A stretch of DNA of 64,000 nucleotides from an uncultured Gammaproteobacteria bacterium (GTDB lineage: Bacteria; Patescibacteriota; Microgenomatia; UBA12405): the NCBI GenBank assembly GCA_964448705.1, contig CAYUZS010000003.1, forward strand, positions 9,384 to 73,383, written 5' to 3'. Of the stretch, positions 47,401 to 56,555 are shown piece after piece. The notes under the pieces are model-generated. The model made no database searches. It was not told where the DNA came from and saw only the letters and a program-made list of their open reading frames with translations. Every line of letters starts with the position of its first letter. Positions within the stretch are counted from its first letter, which is position 1. Made by a program: the position numbers and the translations under genes.

Positions 47401-49635
47401 GGTGATTGCTTCCGCTAAGTTGGCGGTGGTTGCTCCTAGGTATCCCGAAGCATTTCCGGTCATAATCCTGGTTCTGAATATTCCATAAGAAGTGCTTCCA
47501 CCTTTAATGATTACTAAGTCCGGTTCAAAGACCATATTGCCGATAATTTGGGCATTTCCAGTCCCTGTGTACGAACCAGTAGTCATTAGGAAGTTGCCGT
47601 CGGTATTAATTTCCGTGCTTCCTTTAAACGTTGCCCAATAAAGGGTGTTGCCTACCCCTGCCACTGTACCATTACTGCCTAAAGTAAATCCATTGTCAGT
47701 TAATCCGGTAATCGCGTTTGTTAAATTTGCAGTTGCCACAAAATGACTGGAACTGCCGCTTAATGTTTCTACCGAATTAGCAACTGCTCCTGAAGTTCCC
47801 ACATTGGCATTTTTTAAAAACATCCAATCCGGTTTAAACCCTACTGAATTAATGTAAGCTGTTGTTCCGATTCCGATAGTTGTTCCCACCCCGATTGCTC
47901 CGTCAACATTTTTAAAAGCAGCATAATAGTAAATACCCGAGGAGACATTATTGGAAACTCCCACCCCAAAGGTTCCTGTTCCCATGGAAGTAAAATAATC
48001 TCCGGCAGTTGATTGGGTACTGGCATGAAAATATTGACCGACATTTGTCGGCATCACTGATGATTTCCAACCGGCAGCCACTGCCGTCGATCTTTTTACC
48101 CAAACTAAGTCCGGAGTAAAACCGGTACTAATACTTCTGGGAGAAGAACCGTTTCCGGTAAAAGCACCTACACAAAATACTCCACTGGAAGTACAGTCTG
48201 ATCCGGCAAATGCTGTCCAGGTGTATCTTGAATTAGCAGTCGCTGCTGTACCGACAACTGTAAATCCATCATCTTCTAAAGTAATCAGTCCGGCAGTGCT
48301 GTCTGCTGAAGCTGATCCTAAAAAGGCCACCGTGCCATTGGCCATGATATTGGTTTTAAAAATAGTGGCCGTGGTATTGGAATCAGATTTCAAAACCACC
48401 ATTTCCGGTTTAAACCCTAAACCGGTTATCCGATTAAAATAACCGGAACCAATGTAGTAGCCGGTTTTAATGTATACCCCGCTTGCCGGCAGATCATCCG
48501 CCGCCACCTGCCAATTCCGCGGTTCAGTAAAAACCAAATCGGTCAATGTTGTCATTGATAGGGGACCGATCAAATAAAATTGCGGACTTATTTCCGGAGC
48601 TTTGTATTCATATCCTAAACTAATCTCTTCACCAGCCTTCAAACTTACATTCCATTCTATTTTTTGGGAAAACTGATTGCTTTCGACATTTTCAAAACCG
48701 ACTAAACCAACTTTTGGCTGATTAACTGTAAAAGACAACGGTACTTCCTCATAAATTTTCCCTACAAAGTCTTGATCAACTTTCAGATTAAGTTGCATCA
48801 TATATTTTTCCGTTGGAAAAATTCTGGTGGCACTTTTTCTCTCCACTTCAAAATCAATTTTTTCCTTAACTTCTACATTATCATTAATAGTGTAAACTCC
48901 GTTTTTAGTGGTCGCTGTCAATTCCAGATTATAAATTCCGCTTTTACTTACCGTAAAATTTGTCCAATAATCAGGTTCCGTAGTTATACCGTGAGTCATA
49001 CATTCGCTGCCGACTTTAATTTCTCCATTAGTTGTGGACAGAGTGGTAGTTTTACCCTCACTATCGGTAATTTTTAACAGTAACTTTGCATCGCACACCA
49101 TTTTTCCTTCTTCGTCCAAAACCGCCATCGCCACCTCCGCTTCTTCACCGACTTGATAAATTGGTTTATTAGGATTAATAGCCAATACTCCCCATAAAAA
49201 ATCCTGTTCTACTTTTGCTCCGGTCTGATCCGTCACTGTAACAATATATTCTCCCGGTTCCAATTGGGTTGGGGGATTAATCGATAAAAAAGTAACTCCC
49301 TGATTATCGTTTTCAACTGTTTCCACTGATATTTGTTTTTGTTTATGAGTAACTTCCACATTTACAGCGTTTTGGTCGTTATTATTTAATTCGATTTCCA
49401 CTTTTTCATCGCTTCTATATACCGCTTTCATGGCTGATTTAAATTTAATCGCAGAACGTTTAATCGCCGAACTTCCAGACATATTATCTTTTTCCATTAC
49501 TTTAGTAATCGGAATATCATTGATTTCAGTTGTTTTTATTTCTTTGTTATTCGTAGCTAAAACTAATCCCGACCGTATAACCGTAGTTGCCAGAAACAAA
49601 AAAAACAAAATTAATATTATTACTCTTTTCTTCAT
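44473..49635 (-). CDS. Giant secreted surface protein (1720 aa): Ig-like N-terminal region, then twelve ~95-aa beta-rich modules built as a 6-module unit duplicated in tandem
   Basis: Signal peptide; modules share [F/Y]xPDxxxxK...GF[TQ][LV]G...Yx[WFY]xA[FW]; start codon overlaps the stop of the upstream 919-aa gene (TAATG). Confidence 0.75.
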   Translation of the reverse strand: MKKRVIILILFFLFLATTVIRSGLVLATNNKEIKTTEINDIPITKVMEKDNMSGSSAIKRSAIKFKSAMKAVYRSDEKVEIELNNNDQNAVNVEVTHKQKQISVETVENDNQGVTFLSINPPTQLEPGEYIVTVTDQTGAKVEQDFLWGVLAINPNKPIYQVGEEAEVAMAVLDEEGKMVCDAKLLLKITDSEGKTTTLSTTNGEIKVGSECMTHGITTEPDYWTNFTVSKSGIYNLELTATTKNGVYTINDNVEVKEKIDFEVERKSATRIFPTEKYMMQLNLKVDQDFVGKIYEEVPLSFTVNQPKVGLVGFENVESNQFSQKIEWNVSLKAGEEISLGYEYKAPEISPQFYLIGPLSMTTLTDLVFTEPRNWQVAADDLPASGVYIKTGYYIGSGYFNRITGLGFKPEMVVLKSDSNTTATIFKTNIMANGTVAFLGSASADSTAGLITLEDDGFTVVGTAATANSRYTWTAFAGSDCTSSGVFCVGAFTGNGSSPRSISTGFTPDLVWVKRSTAVAAGWKSSVMPTNVGQYFHASTQSTAGDYFTSMGTGTFGVGVSNNVSSGIYYYAAFKNVDGAIGVGTTIGIGTTAYINSVGFKPDWMFLKNANVGTSGAVANSVETLSGSSSHFVATANLTNAITGLTDNGFTLGSNGTVAGVGNTLYWATFKGSTEINTDGNFLMTTGSYTGTGNAQIIGNMVFEPDLVIIKGGSTSYGIFRTRIMTGNASGYLGATTANLAEAITSLNNNGFTVGSNGSVNTSGTTYYWTAFGNAWNPQKQSGSKDFFIGAYYGNGLDNVNVGRLPYQPDLVAIKRSGSGAPVFKTANMTGDVTSFLTASAETTNMIQSITSNGFQLGTSSNVNTAANIYYFFGFKAGVGFTLGTYAGSGAAKGINTGLQPDYLWVKGVGGTRAVSKTPEMATNGVLPFVNAATISNAVTGTGTTGFTLGTAGETNKSGLNYRYAAWQEGIGSTTATPAPQAYNVKTGYYIGSGYFNRITGLGFKPEMVVLKSDSNTTATIFKTNIMANGTVAFLGSASADSTAGLITLEDDGFTVVGTAATANSRYTWTAFAGSDCTSSGVFCVGAFTGNGSSPRSISTGFTPDLVWVKRSTAVAAGWKSSVMPTNVGQYFHASTQSTAGDYFTSMGTGTFGVGVSNNVSSGIYYYAAFKNVDGAIGVGTTIGIGTTAYINSVGFKPDWMFLKNANVGTSGAVANSVETLSGSSSHFVATANLTNAITGLTDNGFTLGSNGTVAGVGNTLYWATFKGSTEINTDGNFLMTTGSYTGTGNAQIIGNMVFEPDLVIIKGGSTSYGIFRTRIMTGNASGYLGATTANLAEAITSLNNNGFTVGSNGSVNTSGTTYYWTAFGNAWNPQKQSGSKDFFIGAYYGNGLDNVNVGRLPYQPDLVAIKRSGSGAPVFKTANMTGDVTSFLTASAETTNMIQSITSNGFQLGTSSNVNTAANIYYFFGFKAGVGFTLGTYAGSGAAKGINTGLQPDYLWVKGVGGTRAVSKTPEMATNGVLPFVNAATISNAVTGTGTTGFTLGTAGETNKSGLNYRYAAWKARTTSNNAPEIPSLLLPDNGGIGQLLEPTYKTVSTDADGDNLQYRIQICTDSGMTAGCQIVDQTSSQIGWSGQNVSGLYYSVGTTAVYTVLSSNPLIQSTTYFWKSWAIDPNGSGTWSGTQATPFSFTTLRTGPSANQLMRHGAWFSSGSKQSYTF
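44954..48470. repeat. Perfect direct tandem duplication, period 1788 bp (copy B ~44954-46682, copy A ~46742-48470, ~60-bp divergent linker), inside the 1720-aa gene
   Basis: ORF-track shadow ORFs are identical in pairs at a 1788 offset (46053/47841 and 46433/48221); spot checks are identical; identity ends at 46682/48470 and near 44954/46742, with one synonymous GCA/GCG difference at the boundary. Confidence 0.85.
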
Positions 49636-52394
49636 TAGTATTTTGCTACATAGTTCAAAACTATATCTCCGACTCTGGCCAAAGCTCCGACACTATTGTC
49701 GGACGCCAATTTTATACGGAATACCGCTGTTTCATCAGCCGCATCCCAATCCGGAGCAGAATCATCGTCAACTGCTGCTTTCGTATATGTTGCCTGCGAC
49801 CAGGAAGTGTTGGCCGATGCCGCTGTTGTAACTACCGTTGTTCCCGGTGTATCACTATCATTATTCACCCTAATCGAAACATAGTTATTTGCTGTCAATG
49901 AAGTCCCGGTCTGATAATAAATAGTAATTGCACACTGACTTCCTGGACAGCTTCCGGAGGACCAACTCTCAAAATCACTTGGCAAAGTCACTCTTACTAT
50001 CACCGTATAATCCTGAACAGACGATTCCTCTGAAGACAATTCATAATAATTTTTCCAGCCAATTCCACCGGCATTCAGGGTACTGTCCGAAGTAATTGAT
50101 ACTGCCGTTGTTCCCGAACCATCGGTTGTTAAAGATGCACCCGGATATTCTGGGGAAAGAACTATTTTTTTATTTGTTCCCGTTGCAGTTGCCGGGGCTG
50201 TTCCACTGATAATATTGCCGCCACTATCTATATATAAAATACCGGCTCCGGTAGCTGCCGATATTCCAGACAACGATAGCGATCCTCCCACTCCCAGGTT
50301 TGTTGAAAACATACCATCACCAATCACATCCAATTCGTGTGTCGGATCTGTTGTCCCGATTCCAACTGAACCAGAGAAATAATTTTTTATTTCTCCAACA
50401 AGATAGGCACCCCATTTGGTGGCGGTACCGGAAGACATATCTCCATAAAAGGCGTACTGAGTGCCTGCAGTGGAACTACTACCAACACTGGCATAGTAAT
50501 GGTAAGCAATATCATTGCTAAAAGTGGTTAAACTGTCCCAGCTGCCGACAAGAATTTGAGAGTAGGCATCGCTGGTACCTCTGATGGTAGTGTGGGAACC
50601 ATAACCTCTGTTGTTATTAACAGCACCTTGGAGAGTAATGTCATTCTTCAGGCCGATTACTTCTGAAGAAGAATTGTTAACTCCGGAAGTTGAAGTAAGT
50701 TCGTTGTTAAAGCCAATTAAATCTTTTAAACCGGTGCTAACCGTACCAACGTTATAAAAACCTGACATATTACCGTAACTACTGGCAGCCGAATCAACAG
50801 TCAAGGCATTGAAAATGGCGGAATTGTAGGTGTCACCGGCAGAATCGTTGATAGAAATTTCGACAGCGTCATCATATTGACTAAGTGCCATGTCGACGAT
50901 TTCTAATTTAGCAGTGGTAGGGTTAGTGAGACCTATGCCAACGCGCCCATTACTACTGATGGAAAAAGCTTGACTGTTACCGAGACCTAAAAACAACAAA
51001 GAGTAATTGGAAGTGTTAATAGTAGTATTTTGAGCTAAAGTACCACCGAGACCGAATTGATTTAAACCGGAAAGACTTAGACCATTGTAAGCGGAATAAG
51101 TAGAACCAATACCACCGGCAGAAATCCAAGCCAAACCACCAGCACCATTGCTAGATAAGACTTGGCCACTGGAACCGGTGACTCCGGCACCAACAAAAAT
51201 CGTACCCGTTAAATTAATATCACCGGCAATATCCAATTTTTTAGTGGGCAATGTCGTCCCTATTCCGATTTTTCCGTCATTTGTTACCACCATTCCGGCA
51301 ACAAAACTACCGGTTACATATTTACCCACCCTGAATTGATAATGATCATTATTACTGGAACCCAAGGCCACATCGTACGACAAATCCAAAATATTATTGT
51401 ATCCGACATACCAATCAGAAATAGTTTTGTCTCTGATATTCCATTTACATCCCTTATTCACATCATTACAAGCAAAACCGGTCGTTCCTATCGACCAAGC
51501 TGATGCTTCAATATTTCCTACCACCGCCAAAGAAGAATCCGGATTCGTAGTTCCAATTCCCACATATCCACTTGCACCGATAAACAAAGATTGTGTCCCT
51601 CCTAAACCGGTAAACAATAAACTAAAGTTTGAAGTTCCGATCTGTGTCGCCTGAGTTAATGTCCCTCCTAAACCAAGAACTGTTCCTGTTAAATTTAGAC
51701 CATTGTTTGCCGTATAACTGGGTAAAGTGCCCGCTCTCAAATTACCGGTAGAAGTGATATACAAAACAGTTGTTCCTGTGCCCAAAGGTAAATTTGTAAA
51801 CGAAACCGTCCCTCCCACACTTAGTCCGGCAAAAGAAACTAAACTTTCAGTTGACAGGTTTTGATTCAAAGTAATTCCCACTCCGTTAACTGTCATAAAA
51901 TTATCTCCGAAAGTTACCGTTTTACTGTCACCTATACTCAAAGTTCCTGAAGTGCTGGTCACTGTTAACCCGTTAACTTTTTCCGCGTTGAAAGCGTAGG
52001 GGACTGCCGACATTCTGATTCTCGGCGTCATGTCGCCGTCATGGTTGTATTCCACACTCAAATACAAACTATCAGAATTAAAACTTAAATTATCAGGAAA
52101 TGTTACGTATGTTCCTAAAGAAACGGAAAATATACCGCTTCCCACCGGCACCTGGCTAGTACCGCTATTCCAGCTTTCCGTCCATAAAGATGTTCCTGCT
52201 GAAAGAGAATCCCATAATGTAAATCTGAAATCATAGTTTCCGTCTGCCACGTTTAAGCCCTCTAAGCCGGTTCCTTTGCTCACCACTTTTCCCTGGAAAT
52301 TAATTTTTCTGTTTATTCCCGGTGCAGCGAATATTCCTTTAACACTGGCAAAAAATATCAATAATGCCAATGTAAAAACCATTATTTTTTTCAT
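49635..52394 (-). CDS. Large secreted beta-rich protein (919 aa) with recurring IGTT(N/L/D)P motifs
   Basis: Signal peptide MKKIMVFTLALLIFFASVKGIFA; repeated VGIGTTNP / IGIGTTLP / VGIGTTDP motifs typical of beta-helical fibre-like proteins; TAATG stop/start overlap with the 1720-aa gene. Confidence 0.6.
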   Translation of the reverse strand: MKKIMVFTLALLIFFASVKGIFAAPGINRKINFQGKVVSKGTGLEGLNVADGNYDFRFTLWDSLSAGTSLWTESWNSGTSQVPVGSGIFSVSLGTYVTFPDNLSFNSDSLYLSVEYNHDGDMTPRIRMSAVPYAFNAEKVNGLTVTSTSGTLSIGDSKTVTFGDNFMTVNGVGITLNQNLSTESLVSFAGLSVGGTVSFTNLPLGTGTTVLYITSTGNLRAGTLPSYTANNGLNLTGTVLGLGGTLTQATQIGTSNFSLLFTGLGGTQSLFIGASGYVGIGTTNPDSSLAVVGNIEASAWSIGTTGFACNDVNKGCKWNIRDKTISDWYVGYNNILDLSYDVALGSSNNDHYQFRVGKYVTGSFVAGMVVTNDGKIGIGTTLPTKKLDIAGDINLTGTIFVGAGVTGSSGQVLSSNGAGGLAWISAGGIGSTYSAYNGLSLSGLNQFGLGGTLAQNTTINTSNYSLLFLGLGNSQAFSISSNGRVGIGLTNPTTAKLEIVDMALSQYDDAVEISINDSAGDTYNSAIFNALTVDSAASSYGNMSGFYNVGTVSTGLKDLIGFNNELTSTSGVNNSSSEVIGLKNDITLQGAVNNNRGYGSHTTIRGTSDAYSQILVGSWDSLTTFSNDIAYHYYASVGSSSTAGTQYAFYGDMSSGTATKWGAYLVGEIKNYFSGSVGIGTTDPTHELDVIGDGMFSTNLGVGGSLSLSGISAATGAGILYIDSGGNIISGTAPATATGTNKKIVLSPEYPGASLTTDGSGTTAVSITSDSTLNAGGIGWKNYYELSSEESSVQDYTVIVRVTLPSDFESWSSGSCPGSQCAITIYYQTGTSLTANNYVSIRVNNDSDTPGTTVVTTAASANTSWSQATYTKAAVDDDSAPDWDAADETAVFRIKLASDNSVGALARVGDIVLNYVAKY

Positions 52395-52479
52395 CTTTTA
52401 GTACCCAAAAACCCGTGAAATATATCACGTAAACCAATTGTAACGTTTATAACAAACCAAAAAAATAAGATAAACTATA

Positions 52480-53382
52480 TCAATGAATTCTTACCAAAAA
52501 TAGTGTCGTTATTAATGAAATTATCATCACGATTAGAATTCCCTCATAACCAAAATACCAGTACGTTTCAGTTTCTGTTTCCGTTTTTTCTGACTTATCA
52601 AAATGATAATCAACTTCTACAACATATTTTCCCGGCCAGTTCCACTTTTTTATTCTTTTTAATCCCGTCTCTATAATTCGATAACTTTCCGGAAGAACTT
52701 TCACAGAACCTTCATTCACAATTCCTTTCTCGACAATTTCCCCTTGTCCATTTTTAATTTTCACTGTTCCTCTGGGAATCACATGAGCATTACCGCTGTT
52801 CCAAAAACGCAAAGCTATTGTCTTTGGAAAAATAAAAATATTCTTCTTCATTTCTGCTGACTTCAGATTTAAGTTTCTAATCTCGCCGCCGGTTTTCAAA
52901 ACATAAACCAAAGAGGCTAAAGTTTGATTAATTCCCACCGAATCTTTCCCGTTATCGTTTTTTGATTTTACCGTCGCCATCACCGCCCCATAATGTCCGC
53001 CCGGAGACAATGACTCTTTATTTAAAATTGTTATTTTAATTTTTTCCTTACTGTTGGGCATTATTGTAATCGATTCTTTTTCCGGACTAATCCAGGAAGC
53101 CAGAGAGTATTTACGTTGGCTGTTATCGTTATCTGTGGTAATAAAAGCCAATCCGCCGGTTTCATCCAAAGATCCGAAGTCAACCACTGAAATTTCAAAG
53201 GTTGTTTCCTTGTCAGTTTGGTTGCCGATTTCAATTTCTACATTCACTTGTTTCTCTCCCGGCAAAATTTCAATATCTGAAAACGGGGGAGTCATCAAAA
53301 AGTTTTCGGCTCTTATCCCTCCAGGGTTAAACATCTTCAAAAATATCAACCCGATAAGAAGCCCACGGCCTAAATATCTCAT
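52480..53382 (-). CDS. Secreted protein with C-terminal transmembrane anchor (300 aa), paralogue of the 53379-54413 gene
   Basis: Signal peptide plus C-terminal helix ILIVMIISLITTLFLVRIH; shared motif RFWNSGNAHVIPRGTVKI versus VKLKNEGNVHVSPRGNIFI in the paralogue. Confidence 0.5.
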   Translation of the reverse strand: MRYLGRGLLIGLIFLKMFNPGGIRAENFLMTPPFSDIEILPGEKQVNVEIEIGNQTDKETTFEISVVDFGSLDETGGLAFITTDNDNSQRKYSLASWISPEKESITIMPNSKEKIKITILNKESLSPGGHYGAVMATVKSKNDNGKDSVGINQTLASLVYVLKTGGEIRNLNLKSAEMKKNIFIFPKTIALRFWNSGNAHVIPRGTVKIKNGQGEIVEKGIVNEGSVKVLPESYRIIETGLKRIKKWNWPGKYVVEVDYHFDKSEKTETETETYWYFGYEGILIVMIISLITTLFLVRIH

Positions 53383-54413
53383 TTTTTTCTGGTCTCTATC
53401 ATTTTTTTAATCGGTACTATTAAAACCGAACGTAAGCCAAGAACCACCAATAAAACTACCACCCCCAATCCTCCTAATATTCTACAGGGAATTATCCAAA
53501 AAGTTAGTGTTCCTTCAATCGGTACATCTTTCTCTCCGTCATCATAAACCAGCAGCATATTGGCCGTGTATTTTCCCCAACGTAACTTTGAAACCTGAGA
53601 AAAATCCCATTTTAACTCTTTCTTTATCTTTCCCAACCTGTCAGTCACCACCTGTTTATCATTTACTTTTTCCACATAAACCGGAAAACCGTCATTCCAT
53701 TCGCTTTCGAATATTCTATTCGAATCCGGTAATACATTTCCTTTTAAATCGTTGATTCCTAAAATTGCGGCATCTTTTTTTTCTCCCCATTTATCAATAA
53801 AGATATTTCCTCTTGGAGAAACATGAACGTTTCCCTCATTTTTTAATTTAACTGTAAATTTTGTCGGAAGAAATTCGTAAACTTTTTTTGGTGTCGAAAA
53901 TTCCAACACTTCCACCTTCCTCACCGCCTGAGGTACCCGAACTTCCAATAAAATCAGGGAAGCTGTTGCCCCAATCACTTTTGTTTTTCCTTCTCCGACT
54001 CCATTTTCTTCATCACTTCTGGATAAAGTAACCGCATAGTAATAACCAAAAGCCGCCGTCTCCGGCACATTTATATTTACGGTAATAGTTTTCCATTCAT
54101 TAGCGTTAAGAACAAACCCTTTTTCCGAAAAACTTACCCAATCAAAATAATCATCACCTTCTTCTCTCTCTATTAACTTAGGCTTTCCCTCATCTCCGTA
54201 TACCGAGAATTTCATTAATCCTGCTTGTAGTGTTTCCGGATGATCGGAATTATTTTTTATTTTTATCTGAGCCGATACTGTTGCTCCCGGTTCTGTCACC
54301 AAATTAATCGGTAGGGGAGACACCACCAGATTTAAGCCGTCATCCGCCGCAAAAACTTTATGGGGAATAAAAAAAGCTGTCGCTATCAATCCCCAAAAAA
54401 ACCAATTTTTCAT
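53379..54413 (-). CDS. Secreted protein with C-terminal transmembrane anchor (344 aa), paralogue of the 52480-53382 gene
   Basis: Signal peptide (…HKVFA), two beta-rich domains, C-terminal helix LGGLGVVVLLVVLGL plus basic tail; 4-nt overlap with the downstream gene. Confidence 0.5.
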   Translation of the reverse strand: MKNWFFWGLIATAFFIPHKVFAADDGLNLVVSPLPINLVTEPGATVSAQIKIKNNSDHPETLQAGLMKFSVYGDEGKPKLIEREEGDDYFDWVSFSEKGFVLNANEWKTITVNINVPETAAFGYYYAVTLSRSDEENGVGEGKTKVIGATASLILLEVRVPQAVRKVEVLEFSTPKKVYEFLPTKFTVKLKNEGNVHVSPRGNIFIDKWGEKKDAAILGINDLKGNVLPDSNRIFESEWNDGFPVYVEKVNDKQVVTDRLGKIKKELKWDFSQVSKLRWGKYTANMLLVYDDGEKDVPIEGTLTFWIIPCRILGGLGVVVLLVVLGLRSVLIVPIKKMIETRKK

Positions 54414-54418
54414 TTAAA

Positions 54419-55420
54419 TCAAAAATTACCTGCACCAATTATAGTCCAAGTATCCGTATAATCTGCACCAGCAGCCTTAGTGGCCACCATTGTCGCATGA
54501 GCTATTAAAGATACCGTATCACCGTTGGTTTTTCCGGTTCTGGAAGCAAATGGTTGAAAAGAAGTACTCAATGTTCCTCCTGACGTAGTCCCATTTCCAC
54601 CATATTCCGCATCGGCAGTCAAGGTTCCCGAACCGGTACCCGAAGTCACTCCGACATCAACCACATAACAATCAGTTCCTGTCACACATGTTTCCGCAGT
54701 TGCATTTATTGTTCCAGATGTTCCGATACTTTCACCTGTCGTCACCGAATTCAATCCGGCATTCAAACTTTTGATCCATCCCGTCCAACCTTTGGCCGCG
54801 TTAGTTCCCACGGACACAGTTATTCCCGTCGTCGAAGACACTGCTCCGGAACTTAAATCAGTTGTAAAAGCATCTGTATTTCCCGACAATGAAAAAGTAA
54901 ATGTCGGTGGTACATTGGCCGTAATCACCACCCGATCATCAGTAATTATTCTGGAGGTAACTGTTGTTGAATCAATTACGGCATTCCCTGCATCCAAACT
55001 TTCCACTCTGTCTAAAGCACTTCCGGCTGAAGGAGTTGTTACCCCGACAGACAAATTGAAAGCGTAAGTTGTTCCCACTGTTAAATCAGTCACCCCGGAT
55101 ACCACAATACTTGTTCCGGAACCGACTGCTGTCAAAGTACCTGGTAATGCTGTTGCACCGGCAGGTAATGAAGTCACCGTCACCGATTGTCCCGCTCCTA
55201 CTATTGCCGACCCAAACACCAATTTGATTTTATTTTCCGTAGCCGTACTTGCCGGAACAATTAACACCTGTAAACTGGATAAAGTTGCAGCCTTCATCCG
55301 GTCATATCTGATAGAAGCTTTTGTAAATTGAGATGCATATACGCCGTTTACACTCAAAAACCACACTCCCAAAACTAAAAAAAACAACCTCATGTTTTTA
55401 AGAAAATTCCTCAAGATCAT
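54419..55420 (-). CDS. Secreted Thr/Gly/Ser-rich beta-rich protein (333 aa) ending ...TWTIIGAGNF
   Basis: Signal peptide; low-complexity TGS-rich beta strands; C-terminal hydrophobic strand plus NF shared with the next gene. Confidence 0.5.
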   Translation of the reverse strand: MILRNFLKNMRLFFLVLGVWFLSVNGVYASQFTKASIRYDRMKAATLSSLQVLIVPASTATENKIKLVFGSAIVGAGQSVTVTSLPAGATALPGTLTAVGSGTSIVVSGVTDLTVGTTYAFNLSVGVTTPSAGSALDRVESLDAGNAVIDSTTVTSRIITDDRVVITANVPPTFTFSLSGNTDAFTTDLSSGAVSSTTGITVSVGTNAAKGWTGWIKSLNAGLNSVTTGESIGTSGTINATAETCVTGTDCYVVDVGVTSGTGSGTLTADAEYGGNGTTSGGTLSTSFQPFASRTGKTNGDTVSLIAHATMVATKAAGADYTDTWTIIGAGNF

Positions 55421-55505
55421 TAATTTAATTTGGACACAAATAAAAAAAGTATATTATTTAACTAATTAAATATGCAATATTTCCAACCAATTTGTCAAGT
55501 ATATG

Positions 55506-56555
55506 TCAGAAATTAGCCGCCGCTACAATGGTTAATATTTCACTGTAATCACCGGCCGCCGGTGTATCATTTCCGGATTTTGCCTTAATTACAAAAGAAC
55601 CTCTACCCCCACTTAGTGGCGACATCGAATAAAAAATTTGTCTTACCAAAGTATCTGTAATTCCCACCACATTTCCATTACCACTGTAATTATTTTCAAT
55701 TACCAAAGGACCTCCCGCTGATTGGTCAACCGATAACCCTTGAACTCCGAAACCGTCGTCTACCGAACCTAAATCGCCGTTAACTGCCGCAATTGTGTAA
55801 CCGGTGGCCGTACTTTGTAAACCTCCGTTTTGGCCGTAAACATAAACTCCTGCTCCACTGCTGCCGTTTGTTTCCACACTAACCCACACTTTATCACTGC
55901 TGGTAGTCACACTTCCCGGATACAAATCTCCCAAAGTTACAACATACGGCGGTTCACTGGTGGTGTCGCTCACCGAAACATCAATATCAAAAACTAATTG
56001 GGGAGAAACAGTTGCTGCTGTTGCCGTCGGACCATAATCGGTTTCTGTATATTTCCCTTGAACCGCTTTAATTTTTACTTTATAAATAGTGTTGGATTCC
56101 AAACCTAGAATATCAAATCCTTCCGATCCTCCCCACAAATCATAAGTTTGATAATTGTTAATATCAAAACTATCACCTAAAGTATGATCATCTTTTACAT
56201 AATAAGTCGTTAAAAAGTTATCACTGCTAACGGCAATCGCATAAAGCACATCGTCAGGATTGTTTTGTTCATCAATCACCAAATGTAGCTTATTGTAGTC
56301 ATTATCGACGTTGGAAAATGAAGCTATTGTCGGCACATTGCTTTGTCTCACAAAAGTCAGGCCGCCCTTCAGGTCGAAACTACTGCCAGCTCCTGTTTGA
56401 CTGTCCTGTTCTCCTAAACTTCCTTCAATCGTGTAGTTCGAAGAACCAATATTACCACCTCCGGCATTTCCCACCGTCAACCCTTCCATCTGATAATTAC
56501 CGCTTGCCGGCAGCACTAAAAAAGCCATCAACCACCACCTCCATTTATTCGTCAT
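55506..56555 (-). CDS. Secreted Gly/Ser/Thr-rich beta-rich protein (349 aa) ending ...ILTIVAAANF
   Basis: Signal peptide (MTNKWRWWLMAFLVLPASG); C-terminus similar to the 54419 gene product; 11-nt overlap with the upstream 909-aa gene. Confidence 0.5.
   Translation of the reverse strand: MTNKWRWWLMAFLVLPASGNYQMEGLTVGNAGGGNIGSSNYTIEGSLGEQDSQTGAGSSFDLKGGLTFVRQSNVPTIASFSNVDNDYNKLHLVIDEQNNPDDVLYAIAVSSDNFLTTYYVKDDHTLGDSFDINNYQTYDLWGGSEGFDILGLESNTIYKVKIKAVQGKYTETDYGPTATAATVSPQLVFDIDVSVSDTTSEPPYVVTLGDLYPGSVTTSSDKVWVSVETNGSSGAGVYVYGQNGGLQSTATGYTIAAVNGDLGSVDDGFGVQGLSVDQSAGGPLVIENNYSGNGNVVGITDTLVRQIFYSMSPLSGGRGSFVIKAKSGNDTPAAGDYSEILTIVAAANF

Noticed and set aside
46053-48442. Paired identical small ORFs (46053/47841 minus strand, 46433/48221 plus strand) and many other 60-120 aa ORFs antisense to large genes, e.g. 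1312-1728, 2081-2311, 23338-23535 and 24134-24364
   Set aside because: These are shadow ORFs inside well-supported longer genes on the other strand. The identical pairs simply reflect the tandem duplication. ORF 1312-1728 also overlaps tRNA-Val.
44954-48470. Repeated sequence blocks that might look like a CRISPR array or an IS element
   Set aside because: The repeats are 1.7-kb protein-coding copies in frame within one giant ORF. There are no short direct repeats with unique spacers, no cas genes and no transposase.
54419-56555. C-terminal …NF strand as an outer-membrane beta-barrel beta-signal
   Set aside because: The pilus locus lacks a secretin and PilP, the envelope genes look monoderm, and no BamA-like gene is nearby. 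The similarity to a beta-signal is therefore probably superficial.
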